Shown piece after piece: positions 1-9,277 of a stretch of DNA of 64,000 bases (the stretch's first letter is position 1; every line of letters begins with the position of its first letter). A model generated the notes under the pieces. The model had not been told where the DNA came from. It ran no database searches and saw only the letters and a program-made list of their open reading frames with translations. Origin of the DNA: an uncultured delta proteobacterium (GTDB taxonomy: Bacteria > Desulfobacterota > RBG-13-43-22). Where the stretch lies: positions 160,001-224,000 of the forward strand of contig CAVQFQ010000017.1 in NCBI GenBank assembly GCA_963711835.1, in the 5' to 3' direction. The position numbers were made by a program, and so were the translations under genes.

Positions 1-918
1 GGGGAATATCTGAAGGCCGGCGGACCTGATCAGGCCTTGCTCTTCCATTTTTCCATCGGCTCCGAGCTGTCTGAATTCGTCAAAAGGCTCCCGGACCGGA
101 AGATCCTCATCTACCACAACATCACCCCGCCTCATTTTTTTAAGGGATTCAATGCCGAGGTGGAAAGAAGATGCGCCTGGGGCTATGAGGAATTGAAGAA
201 AATGGCCCCTCATTTCGAACTGGCCTTAGGGGTTTCCGATTTTAACCGCCGGGAACTGGAAGGGCTGGGCTTTCGAAAGACCGGCGTCCTGCCCATTTTA
301 TTGGATTTCAACCAGTATTATCTTTCCCCGGAAGAAGGTCTAAAGCAGAGACTCCAGGACGGGACCATCAATATCCTGCACGTGGGCCGCCTCGTCCCCC
401 AGAAAAAGATTGAAGACCTGATCAGGGTTTTTTATCTCTTTCAAAAAAGACATCATCCTCGGAGCCGCCTGCTGCTGGTAGGCACGGACAGCGGTTTAAA
501 AAATTACAGTTCGGCCCTCAAGAGGATGGTCCGGGAGTTGGGACTGACTGAAAAGGTCCATTTCGAAGGGTTCGCCACCTTCCGGGGCTTGATCACCTAT
601 TATGCCAACGCCCATCTTTATCTTTGCCTGAGCGAACACGAAGGCTTTTGCGTGCCTCTGCTGGAAAGCATGTTTTTCGGGCTGCCCATTATCGCCTACC
701 TGACCGGCGGGGTCCCGGAAACCCTGGGAGGAAGCGGGATAGGGATCAGCGAAAAAAAATGGGATGAGATTGCCGAGGGGATGGCTTTAATCATAGAGGA
801 TCGGGGATTGCGGGAAAAAATCATCGTTGCCCAGAAGGAACAGCTTAAGCGCTTTTCCTGGGATAAGACCGCCGCCCGTTTAAAAACCCTGCTGCACCCT
901 TTTCTGGAGGGGTCATGA
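1..918 (+). CDS. Glycosyltransferase family 4 (GT-B), 5' end outside the window
   Basis: Frame is open from base 1. Motifs VGRLVPQKKIEDLI and SEHEGFCVPLLESM (GT4 EX7E motif). Confidence 0.9.
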   Translation, partial: GEYLKAGGPDQALLFHFSIGSELSEFVKRLPDRKILIYHNITPPHFFKGFNAEVERRCAWGYEELKKMAPHFELALGVSDFNRRELEGLGFRKTGVLPILLDFNQYYLSPEEGLKQRLQDGTINILHVGRLVPQKKIEDLIRVFYLFQKRHHPRSRLLLVGTDSGLKNYSSALKRMVRELGLTEKVHFEGFATFRGLITYYANAHLYLCLSEHEGFCVPLLESMFFGLPIIAYLTGGVPETLGGSGIGISEKKWDEIAEGMALIIEDRGLREKIIVAQKEQLKRFSWDKTAARLKTLLHPFLEGS

Positions 919-1382
919 ATTCCAATAAGGGTCTGAATGAAAAGCTTAAGGTCTCTTATATCAAGACCAGCCTGACCACCTCGGGCCATACGGGCAATCA
1001 ATTTATCCGCTTTGCCCTGGTCGGCAGCAGCGGCGTCCTGGTAAACCTGGCCATTTATACCGGGGCCATCTACCTGCTCGATATTTATTATCTTCTGGCC
1101 GCCAGCCTGTCCTTCATCATTGCCATGACCAACAATTTCGTCTTAAACCTTCGCTGGACCTTCAAGACTCATAACCAGGGCCTGAGATCCATCGGCCGTC
1201 AATACCTGCGCTATTTTCTGGTTACCCTGAACAGCTATGTCATCAATATCGTCATCCTCTGGATCCTGGTGGATTACTGGTACTGGCACAAGGTCCTTTC
1301 CCAGTTGATCGCCATTTTGATCACCACCTTGACCAATTTTTTGGGCAGCAAACTCTGGGCCTTTAAGTCCAAGGCCTCTTAA
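915..1382 (+). CDS. GtrA family membrane protein (putative lipid-linked glycan flippase)
   Basis: QFIRFALVG start, NNFVLNLRWTF, four hydrophobic segments, KLWAF end. ATGA overlap with the glycosyltransferase gene. Confidence 0.85.
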   Translation: MNSNKGLNEKLKVSYIKTSLTTSGHTGNQFIRFALVGSSGVLVNLAIYTGAIYLLDIYYLLAASLSFIIAMTNNFVLNLRWTFKTHNQGLRSIGRQYLRYFLVTLNSYVINIVILWILVDYWYWHKVLSQLIAILITTLTNFLGSKLWAFKSKAS

Positions 1383-1400
1383 GGAGAGACCGACCGTACT

Positions 1401-2765
1401 ATGAAGCCCGAAAAAACCATTTACTTCTGCCAGTCTTGCGGGGCGCAGAGCCCCAAGTGGCAGGGGCGCTGCCCGGATTGCGGCACCTGGAACAGTTTTA
1501 TCGAAGAGAAGGTCTTCCCCGAAGCCAGGTCCCATCGCTGGGAAGAGGGGTTTTCCCAGATGGAACCCCCTCAACCCCTGAATGAGGTCACTACCGCCCG
1601 GGAACAGCGCAGCCTGATCGGCATTGATGAACTGGACCGGGTTCTGGGCGGCGGGGTGGTGCCGGCCTCGGCTGTTCTCGTCGGCGGGGATCCGGGGATC
1701 GGCAAATCAACCCTGGTCCTTCAGGCCCTGGATCGCCTGGGCCAGGGGGAGGGTCAGGCCCTGTACGTCTCCGGAGAAGAATCGAGCTATCAGATCAAGA
1801 TGCGGGCCGAAAGGCTGGGGATCGGCCAAAGCCGGATCCTCATTTTAGCCGAAACCTCTCTGGAAAGAATTTTAGCCGTCCTGAAAGAAGGCCGGCCCCA
1901 GTTCGTGGCCATTGATTCCATTCAGACCATTTTTTCCGGTGATATCTCCTCGGCCCCGGGAAGTGTCTCCCAGGTCCGGGAAGCCGCGGCCCGCTTAATG
2001 GTCTGGGCCAAGAAAAGCGGTTCCTCTTTGTTCCTGATCGGTCATGTGACCAAGGAGGGAATCATCGCCGGTCCGCGGGTCCTGGAGCACATGGTGGATA
2101 CGGTCCTTTATTTTGAAGGGGAAAGGGGCCATGCCTTCCGGATCCTCCGGGCCGTCAAGAACCGCTTCGGGTCCACCAACGAAATCGGGGTCTTCGAAAT
2201 GAAGGACAGCGGGCTGGAAGAGGTGAAGGATCCTTCCCAGCTTTTCCTGGCCGAGCGGCCTTTGAACGTGGCCGGTTCGGTCGTGGTTCCCAGTTTGGAA
2301 GGCTCCCGGCCCATCCTGGTGGAGCTTCAGGCCCTGGTCAGCCAGACCACTTTCGGGGTCCCCAGGCGAACCGCCATGGGCGTGGACACCAACCGGGTTT
2401 CCCTGCTGGTGGCCGTGCTCGAAAAAAAGGTGGGCTTGAATCTGTTGACCCAGGACATCTTCCTGAATGTAGCCGGAGGGATCCATATCGAGGAGCCGGC
2501 CGTGGATTTGGGCATCGTGGCCTGCCTGGCCGGCAGTTTCCTGGACCGCCCTATCCCGCCGACAACGGTCTTATTCGGCGAGGTAGGCCTGACCGGAGAA
2601 GTACGGGGGGTCAGTCAGGCCTTGTTGCGGGTTAAAGAGGCCCAGAAGTTAGGCTTTACCCGCTGCCTCCTGCCGCGCAACAATCTGGAACAGCTTTCCG
2701 GATTCTCGGCCATGGAATTGATCGGCATCAAGACCCTCCAGGAGGGCCTGGGGATCCTTTTCTGA
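1401..2765 (+). CDS. radA: DNA repair protein RadA/Sms
   Basis: N-terminal C4 zinc finger, Walker A GDPGIGKST, KNRFG motif, Lon-like C-terminus. Confidence 0.97.
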   Translation: MKPEKTIYFCQSCGAQSPKWQGRCPDCGTWNSFIEEKVFPEARSHRWEEGFSQMEPPQPLNEVTTAREQRSLIGIDELDRVLGGGVVPASAVLVGGDPGIGKSTLVLQALDRLGQGEGQALYVSGEESSYQIKMRAERLGIGQSRILILAETSLERILAVLKEGRPQFVAIDSIQTIFSGDISSAPGSVSQVREAAARLMVWAKKSGSSLFLIGHVTKEGIIAGPRVLEHMVDTVLYFEGERGHAFRILRAVKNRFGSTNEIGVFEMKDSGLEEVKDPSQLFLAERPLNVAGSVVVPSLEGSRPILVELQALVSQTTFGVPRRTAMGVDTNRVSLLVAVLEKKVGLNLLTQDIFLNVAGGIHIEEPAVDLGIVACLAGSFLDRPIPPTTVLFGEVGLTGEVRGVSQALLRVKEAQKLGFTRCLLPRNNLEQLSGFSAMELIGIKTLQEGLGILF

Positions 2766-2786
2766 GACTGGGATGGTCAAGTCTGG

Positions 2787-2866
2787 TTGAGGGCTGAGGG
2801 GCGCCCGCTTTTGGCGGGCTTGAGGCTTGAGGAAAAAATGCCTCCGACCTCTGGCCTCCGGCGGCC
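2787..2866. repeat. 7-bp-period imperfect hairpin repeat containing a small palindrome
   Basis: TTGAGGG/CTGAGGG/TTGAGGC/TTGAGG units face GCCTCCG/ACCTCTG/GCCTCCG units. GCCCGCTTTTGGCGGGC lies inside. Located between convergent genes. Confidence 0.55.
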
Positions 2867-2867
2867 T

Positions 2868-4289
2868 TTACGGTGCCAGGAGAAAGGCCTTGAACCCTTT
2901 ATAGGTCATATACAGGTCGGCCTTGCTGACCAGCTCAAAGGGGGAGTGCATGGAAAGGACCGGCGTGCCGCAATCTATGATTTCCAGCCCCAGGGCAGCC
3001 AGAAATTTGGCGATGGTTCCTCCCCCGCCCTCATCAACCTTGCCCAATTCACCGGTCTGCCAGACCACGCCCTTCTGATTCAAAACATTTCGAATCCAAT
3101 AGACATATTCGGCATGGGCATCGCTCGAACCGTATTTGCCGCCCGATCCGGTGAACTTGGTCAGGCACAGGCCGTAGCCCATTCTGGGGGCGTTCCGCTT
3201 CTCATGGACTTCCTGATAATCCGGGTCCAGGGCCCCGGCCACATCGGCTGATAAGGCCTTGGTAGCGCTCAGGGTTTCATAGAGGACCTCCTGGGAAAAA
3301 GCTTCGCCTTTCAAGGCAAAGAGGCGGGACAAAAAGGCTTCCAGGATCTGGGTCCGGGCGCTGGTGTTGCCTTCGCTGCCGATTTCCTCCTTGTCGAAAA
3401 ATACTAACAGGATGGTTCGTTCAGGATCCTCGGTTTCCAGGGCGGCCTGCAGGCCGGCATAGGCGCAGACCCGGTCATCCTGGCCGTAGGCGCCTATGAT
3501 ACTCCGGTCAAAGCCTATGTCCCGGGCCGGTTCGGACGGGACCAGCTCCAGTTCGGCGCTGATCAGATCTTCCTCCAGCAGGCCGTATTGGGTATGAAGG
3601 TGGTCGAGGACAGCCAGTTTAAAACGCTCTTTGGTCTCTTCCGGACCCAGGGGCAGGCTGCCGATCAGGATATTTAATTTTTCGCCTTCAATGGCCTCGG
3701 AGAGCTTTTTTTCCATCTGGACTTTTCGGGCCAAATGAGGCAGGAGGTCGGCTACTGAAAAGACCGGATCTTTCGGGTTCTCCCCAACGGCCAGATTAAT
3801 TTTTTTTCCGTCGGCCGTCAAAACGGTCCCATGAAGGGCCAGAGGCCGGGCCAGCCACTGGTATTTTTTGATCCCGCCGTAATAATGGGTCTTGAAAAAA
3901 GCCAGATCCACCTCCTCATAAAGCGGATTTTGTTTCAGGTCCAGCCGGGGGGCATCGATGTGGGAGGCAATGATCCGGATTCCCGATTTTAACGGTTCTT
4001 TGCCGACAATAGCCAGGACCAGGACTTTTTCTTTAAATACCTGGTAAACCTTCCGGCGCTTTCGGCCCTGCTCCAGGGGGGCAAAACCGGCCTGTTTTAT
4101 TCTCCGGGTAATTTCAATAATGGTTTCCCTTTCGGTTTTGGAGGCATTGAGAAAGGCCTTGTAATCTTCGGCCAGCTCCCAGAGCCGTTTTGATTCGTTG
4201 GCCTCCAGGGCATCCCAGACCAGCCGTTTCTTAAAGGTTAATTTTTTCCCTAACGTCTCGGCCTCTTTTTTAGACCACTTGGTTTTCAT
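2868..4289 (-). CDS. M18 family (aspartyl-type) aminopeptidase
   Basis: SHIDAPRLDLK, YYGGIKKYQW, GQDDRVC, DKEEIGS and SMHSPFE motifs. Confidence 0.92.
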   Translation of the reverse strand: MKTKWSKKEAETLGKKLTFKKRLVWDALEANESKRLWELAEDYKAFLNASKTERETIIEITRRIKQAGFAPLEQGRKRRKVYQVFKEKVLVLAIVGKEPLKSGIRIIASHIDAPRLDLKQNPLYEEVDLAFFKTHYYGGIKKYQWLARPLALHGTVLTADGKKINLAVGENPKDPVFSVADLLPHLARKVQMEKKLSEAIEGEKLNILIGSLPLGPEETKERFKLAVLDHLHTQYGLLEEDLISAELELVPSEPARDIGFDRSIIGAYGQDDRVCAYAGLQAALETEDPERTILLVFFDKEEIGSEGNTSARTQILEAFLSRLFALKGEAFSQEVLYETLSATKALSADVAGALDPDYQEVHEKRNAPRMGYGLCLTKFTGSGGKYGSSDAHAEYVYWIRNVLNQKGVVWQTGELGKVDEGGGGTIAKFLAALGLEIIDCGTPVLSMHSPFELVSKADLYMTYKGFKAFLLAP

Positions 4290-4638
4290 TTATTTCCTCC
4301 GGTTATCTGAATGTCAAAACAAAGCCTGCGGATCAGTCATTTTATGCCCATGAAGCTATTTTTAATACATAATTCTTGCTCTGGCAAGATCCTTTCCCGA
4401 GAACCCGGGTGCGGCTTCTTGCACTTGGCCGGGAAGGCTATCCTTTATGGTTAGGGGGGAAACGATACTTCCCACAATAGTCCAGGTAGTAGCGCAGTCA
4501 TTTTTTATACACCCCATGGCAAACTATTTGGAGTTGCCTTATTTCGCAAATATTCTTCAAATTGGGTCTGTAACGCAGAGGGGATGGCCAGCATGAAGAA
4601 AGGGGATAAGTTGGACCAGGTCACGACCCCAAACGGAC

Positions 4639-4667
4639 TTGACACGTTATTTCCTGTTGGCTATACT
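4639..4667 (+). promoter_or_regulatory. Sigma70 promoter of the mazEF-like operon
   Basis: TTGACA-17 bp-TATACT, followed by GGAGG RBS and ATG at 4693. Confidence 0.7.
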
Positions 4668-4692
4668 TCGGATATCCACGGGAGGTGTCAAC

Positions 4693-4940
4693 ATGGTGAC
4701 GAAAATTCAAAAGTGGGGAAACAGCCAAGGGTTACGGCTCGCCAAGCAGGTGCTTGAAGACGCGCACATTTCGGTGGGTGACGACGTCGACGTTACCACA
4801 CGAGACGGCCTGATTGTCATTGCACCGGCAAGACGCATTCGCGGTAAGCGGAGCCTGCAAGAACTGGTGTCACGCATACCCAAGGGCTACAAACCGAAGA
4901 AATGGATTGGGGTGAGCCAGTGGGCAGAGAGGTCTGGTAA
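4693..4940 (+). pseudogene. mazE: MazE/AbrB family antitoxin with a 1-bp deletion (real or sequencing error)
   Basis: MVTKIQKWGNSQGLRL start. Adding one base near 4891-4895 restores the typical end EEMDWGEPVGREVW* at 4940. Confidence 0.8.
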
Positions 4941-5277
4941 ATGAAAGCGTACATTCCGAAAAAGGGGGACTTCATCGCCGTTACCTTCGACCCCCAGTCC
5001 GGTCATGAGCAAAAAGGGACGCCGTCCTGCCCTCGTCGTAAGCAACACCCTGTTCAACGACCAAACCGGTCTTGCCATGGTCTGTCCTCTGACTACCACT
5101 GATCGAGGTTATCCTTTTCATGTGGCGGTCACCGACAACCCGGACGTGAAGGGATTCGTGATGGTCGAGCAGGTCAAGTCCATTGATTACCGTGCGCGTC
5201 AGGCCAAGCCCATCGGAAAGGCTTCGGACGATCTGCTTGACGAAGTCTTGTCGATACTTGATGCCTGTATCTATTGA
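4941..5277 (+). pseudogene. mazF: MazF/PemK family endoribonuclease toxin with a 1-bp insertion (real or sequencing error)
   Basis: ATG at 4941 gives MKAYIPKKGDFIAVTFDPQSGHEQK. An extra base at ~5011-5018 shifts the frame into GRRPALVVS...EQVKSID. Confidence 0.8.
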
Positions 5278-5396
5278 AAGCTGTAAAATTGGGGAAAGAG
5301 GACGCTGGTAAATAACTAAAATAATTCTGCCGCACAGTTAGACAAGGCAGCCGGGTTTGGCTGGGCACCCTCCGGCAGGCACCCGGCAGGCACCGT

Positions 5397-6497
5397 AAAG
5401 CGGGACGCTCTTTAATAATTTAATTGACATTGTAGCCTGATGATATTAATAAAGAAATATGCCTAGAACAGCACGACTTGATGCTCCCGGCGTTCTGCAC
5501 CATGTCATAATTCGGGGAATAGAACGCAGGAGGATATTCCGTAACGATAAAGATCGTGAGGATTTTATTGAACGGCTTGAGACTCAATGTACTGAAGCGC
5601 AGACAACCTGTTATGCGTGGGCGTTCATGTCTAATCACGCCCATTTTCTTTTTCGTACTGGAACGGCGCCATTGTCCAAACTCATGAGCCGTCTGCTTAC
5701 GGGGTATGTTATCGGTTTTAACCGCCGACACAAACGCCGTGGTCAATTATTTCAGAACCGGTACAAATCTATAATCTGTCAGGAAGATGCGTACCTTAAA
5801 GAATTGGTCCGGTATATTCATTTGAATCCTATTCGTGCGGGAATAATTACTGGTTTGGAGGAATTAAAAAGCTATGACTATTGCGGTCATAGTGCTCTAA
5901 TCGGCACAAAGAAAAGGGAATGGCAAGACACGGATTATGTGCTCGCCTATTTCGGGAAAAGGAAAACTCAAGCGCGGAAAGATTATGAATCATACGTTAA
6001 TGAAGGACATCAACAAGGTCGAAGGAGAGAATTAACCGGAGGGGGACTGATCCGGAGTCTTGGCGGCTGGACCGAGGTAAAAAGAGAACGTTTGAAGGGG
6101 CGGGATCATGTTATGAGCGACGAACGAATCTTGGGTGATTCGGATTTTGTCGACTTAATCATCTCACAATCCGAGGAACAATTCGAACGGAGACATAAAC
6201 TAAAACGGCAAGGGTTTGATCTGGATCGTATTGCTGAGAGAGTGGCTGAAGTCTTAAACATGGACAGGGATGAAGTCTTATCAAAGGGGCGGCAGAACAG
6301 AAAAGTAAAAGCAAGAAGTATTCTGTGTTTTTGGGCTGCAAGGGAATTAGGCATGTCCCTTACAGCGCTAGCCAGGATTTTAGGAATGAGTATTGCTGGA
6401 GTGGGGTTTGCCGTGGAAAGGGGAGAGCTCATAGCCAAAAATGGCAATTTTAATCTGATAAACTGACTTATTAAGTTACTAAAGAGCGTCCCGCTTT
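5397..6497. mobile_element. RAYT-type Y1 transposase element bounded by 28-bp inverted repeats
   Basis: AAAGCGGGACGCTCTTTAATAATTTAAT (5397-5424) matches the reverse complement of 6470-6497 at 26/28. The interior is visibly more AT-rich than flanking genes. Confidence 0.75.
5459..6466 (+). CDS. REP-associated tyrosine (HUH/Y1) transposase with C-terminal HTH-like domain
   Basis: MPRTAR...HHVIIRG, HUH motif MSNHAHF, LFQNRYKS, YIHLNP with catalytic Tyr. Confidence 0.9.
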   Translation: MPRTARLDAPGVLHHVIIRGIERRRIFRNDKDREDFIERLETQCTEAQTTCYAWAFMSNHAHFLFRTGTAPLSKLMSRLLTGYVIGFNRRHKRRGQLFQNRYKSIICQEDAYLKELVRYIHLNPIRAGIITGLEELKSYDYCGHSALIGTKKREWQDTDYVLAYFGKRKTQARKDYESYVNEGHQQGRRRELTGGGLIRSLGGWTEVKRERLKGRDHVMSDERILGDSDFVDLIISQSEEQFERRHKLKRQGFDLDRIAERVAEVLNMDRDEVLSKGRQNRKVKARSILCFWAARELGMSLTALARILGMSIAGVGFAVERGELIAKNGNFNLIN

Positions 6498-6594
6498 CCC
6501 GGCTGGAGTTTATCCCGCATTTGAAGCGGGACCGGGGTGACAACTCTGTAAAATAGAGCAATTCGTAAAGAAAAGTCCGATTAACGGATAAGTG

Positions 6595-7512
6595 TCAGGA
6601 AGTCTTTCTAAAGAGGTTTTGTAGTGCCCCTTCCAACTCCGGGAACTGGAATTGGAAGCCCAGGGAGAAGAGCCGGCGGGGCAGGACCTTTTGTCCCTGC
6701 AGCAGGACGTTGCCGAATTCGCCCATGATCAGCTTGAGCACAAAGCCGGGCACGGACGGCATAAAGGCGGGCTTCCCCAATACCCTGGCCAGGATCTTGG
6801 TCAGATCCTGATTTCGGACCGGATTTGGGGCGGTGCAGTTATAAGGTCCCGAGGCTTCTTTCTGCCCGATCAGGAAAAGCAGGCTGCGGCTCAGATCCTG
6901 CTGATGAATCCAGGAGAACCACTGCCTTCCGCTGCCCAGGGGACTGCCCAGGCCTTTTTTGAAGAGGGGGATCATCTGGTCCAAGGCCCCTCCCTTATCA
7001 CCCAGGACAATCCCGAAGCGGCAGCGAACAACCCGGACGCCAAAGGCTTCAGCCTTGAGGGCCTCGGCTTCCCAATCCCGGCACAAGACCGCCAGAAAGT
7101 CATTACCCGGCGGGTCTTCCTCGGTCAGTTCCTCATCGCCATGAAAGCCGTAGTAGCCGATGGCCGAAGTGCTTATCAAGACCCTCTCCCCTTCTTTTCC
7201 ACTGCCGATGGCTTCGACTAAGTTCCGGGTGGTCAGCAGGCGGCTGTCGCGCATCGCCTTTTTTTGTTCAACGGTCCAGCGGCTGAAGATGGAGGCCCCG
7301 GCCAGATTGATGAAGACGTCGTGCTCCGGCGTCTGTTGCTGCCAGGGGCCGGGCCGGGTAGGGTCCCCTTCCAGGAAGGAGGCCCCCGGGGGCAGGGAAC
7401 GGCCCGGCTTGATAGCCCGGGTAAGCAAGGTTACCTGATGGCCCTGCTCGGTCAGATTTCGGGTAAGATGGGTGCCTACAAAGCCGGTCCCGCCGGTGAT
7501 AAAGATTTTCAT
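6595..7512 (-). CDS. TIGR01777/YfcH-like NAD-dependent epimerase family protein
   Basis: MKIFITGGTGFVG, NLAGASI, STSAIGYYG and GSGRQWFSWIH motifs. Confidence 0.9.
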   Translation of the reverse strand: MKIFITGGTGFVGTHLTRNLTEQGHQVTLLTRAIKPGRSLPPGASFLEGDPTRPGPWQQQTPEHDVFINLAGASIFSRWTVEQKKAMRDSRLLTTRNLVEAIGSGKEGERVLISTSAIGYYGFHGDEELTEEDPPGNDFLAVLCRDWEAEALKAEAFGVRVVRCRFGIVLGDKGGALDQMIPLFKKGLGSPLGSGRQWFSWIHQQDLSRSLLFLIGQKEASGPYNCTAPNPVRNQDLTKILARVLGKPAFMPSVPGFVLKLIMGEFGNVLLQGQKVLPRRLFSLGFQFQFPELEGALQNLFRKTS

Positions 7513-7578
7513 GGTCAAAATTTTAATCACTTTCTGGAAGAATGCAATCTTTTTAACCGGCTTCCCTTAAACAAAAAT

Positions 7579-7618
7579 ATGACTTGACTGGTTATGATAA
7601 TTTGACCATAATAGTCAT
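7579..7618 (+). promoter_or_regulatory. Promoter and twin autoregulatory operators of the phd/vapC operon
   Basis: TTGACT(7584)-17 bp-CATAAT(7607). Two TGAC-N7-GT(C/T)A palindromes (7579-7595, 7602-7618) overlap the -35 and -10 boxes. Confidence 0.6.
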
Positions 7619-7642
7619 AAAATAGAAAAGGAAAAAGAACCC

Positions 7643-7932
7643 ATGAAAAGTGCAGCCATATCGGAATTAAAGGCCCGCCTGAGTGACTATTTAAATCAAG
7701 TCAAAAGCGGTACGGAGGTTTTGGTCACCGACAGGGGAAAACCGGTGGCTCGAATCATTCCGGTTTCCGGAAAAAAACGCCCCAGAAGTTCACTCGATAA
7801 GATGGAAAAACAGGGATTAGTCAAACTGGGCTCCGGCAAACTTCCAAGGGATTTCTGGGCCAGGTGAGACCTAAAGATCCCCAAGGGCTGGTATTGAAGG
7901 CCCTGCTTGAAGAACGGGAAACAGGACGATGA
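7643..7932 (+). pseudogene. Phd/YefM family antitoxin with a 1-bp deletion near 7863
   Basis: ISELKARLSDYL...VTDRGKPVARI. The shifted frame continues RPKDPQGLVLKALLEERETGR* and overlaps the toxin ATG. Confidence 0.75.
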
Positions 7933-8360
7933 AATTCTGGGATTCTTCAGCGATCATTCCGCTATGCCTGAATGAATCCAATTCCGAAACAGTAATGAGA
8001 CTTGATTAAGGGCGATGAAGACATGATCGTTTGGTGGGCTACCCGCATAGAATGCCTATCTGCTTTGGCACGACGGCGCCGGGAAGGGGTCCTGCTGTTG
8101 AAGCAGAAGTCGCAGCCAAGACCGTACTATCCGGTTAATTGAGAGCATGGTCTGAGGTTCTCCCGAGCGAACAGGTACGACAAAGGGCGGAAAGACTACT
8201 ATCCGTCCATCCCCTCAGGGCCGCTGACGCCTTACAACTCGCAGCGGCTTTGGTCTGGGCGGAAGAGATGCCCCAGGGCCTCGGGCTGGTCTGTCTGGAT
8301 CAAAATCTGCGGGAAGCAGCCCATAAAGAGGGCTTTGAGGTCCTTCCATTTCTGTCTTGA
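7929..8360 (+). pseudogene. vapC: VapC/PIN domain toxin with at least three lesions
   Basis: MKFWDSSAIIPL, WWATRIECLSALARRRREG and HPLRAADALQLAAAL...CLDQNL lie in three different frames, plus an in-frame TAA at 8136. Confidence 0.75.
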
Positions 8361-8468
8361 TTCAAATTCGAATGATCGAATTTCGAAATCCGAAACGTTT
8401 TTGTTTTGATCATTTGGATTTTGAATCTTCGGGCTTGTTTCGGATTTCGTGCTTCGAATTTCGGATTT
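8361..8468. repeat. 7-bp-period imperfect hairpin repeat (TTCGAAT/TTCGGAT type)
   Basis: TTCGGAT-TTCGTGC-TTCGAAT-TTCGGAT at 8439-8466 is complementary to TCGAATTTCGAAATCCGAAAC at 8376-8396. Confidence 0.7.
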
Positions 8469-8474
8469 ATAGAC

Positions 8475-9212
8475 CTATTGTAATATCTCTCCCCGAACGC
8501 CGATAACTTTTTCCGTTAGAGGGATTTTTTTACCCGAGGCTTCCAGTGCTTTTCTGACCAGCCAGGGCAGGCCGGAGCAGCAGGGCACTTCCATGACCAC
8601 CGTGGTAATGCTTTTGAGACCGGCGGTTTTGAAGATCTCGGTGAACTTTTCAATATATTCCCTTACGTCGTCGAACTTCGGGCAGCCCATCATGACCACC
8701 TTGCCCTTGAGAAAATCCTGATGAAAATCGGGATAAGCCAGGGGGGTGCAGTCGGCTACTACCACCAGGTCGGCGCCTTTTAGAAAAGGGGCGGTCGGCG
8801 GCACCAGTTTGATCTGGACCGGCCAATGGGTCAGGGCTGAAGTCTGCTTGATTGGGGCCTGGCCGGCAGCGGCCCCGGTGGCCGGACCGGGTTGGATAAA
8901 ACTCTGAAGTTGCGAGGAGGGGCAGCCGGGAAAGGAAGGCATCTCAAGCGGTTTTTCTTCCGAAGGTCTATCCTTCAGATATTCTTCTACGGCCTGCTCG
9001 TCGAAGTCGTCGGCATCCCGTTCAATGATATGCAGGGCGTCATTGGGACACTCACCAAGACAGGCCCCCAAACCGTCGCAGTATTTCTCGGCTGCCAACC
9101 GAGCCTTGCCGTCGATCACCTGGATGGCCCCCTCGGCACAGGACGGGACACACAGACCGCAGCCGTCGCAGCGTTCCGGATCAATTTCAATAATCTTGCG
9201 TTTGACTTTCAT
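8475..9212 (-). CDS. 4Fe-4S ferredoxin-domain protein of the type that accompanies hcp
   Basis: CDGCGLCVPSC and CDGLGACLGECP clusters, WPVQIKLV, MEVPCCSGL. AGGAG RBS before the ATG at 9212. Confidence 0.85.
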   Translation of the reverse strand: MKVKRKIIEIDPERCDGCGLCVPSCAEGAIQVIDGKARLAAEKYCDGLGACLGECPNDALHIIERDADDFDEQAVEEYLKDRPSEEKPLEMPSFPGCPSSQLQSFIQPGPATGAAAGQAPIKQTSALTHWPVQIKLVPPTAPFLKGADLVVVADCTPLAYPDFHQDFLKGKVVMMGCPKFDDVREYIEKFTEIFKTAGLKSITTVVMEVPCCSGLPWLVRKALEASGKKIPLTEKVIGVRGEILQ

Positions 9213-9226
9213 AAAGACTCCTAACA

Positions 9227-9272
9227 GGCATAGCGCATAGGGCAAAGGGCAGAGAGGCCCTATGCCCTTTGC
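9227..9272. repeat. 7-bp-period hairpin repeat (GGCATAG type)
   Basis: GGCATAG-CGCATAG-GGCAAAG-GGCAGAG followed by CCCTATG-CCCTTTG-C. Confidence 0.7.
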
Positions 9273-9277
9273 ATTTT

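Noticed and set aside
7865-7867. Selenocysteine read-through of TGA in the antitoxin
   Set aside because: The homologous sequence continues in a different frame, so this is an indel and not recoding.
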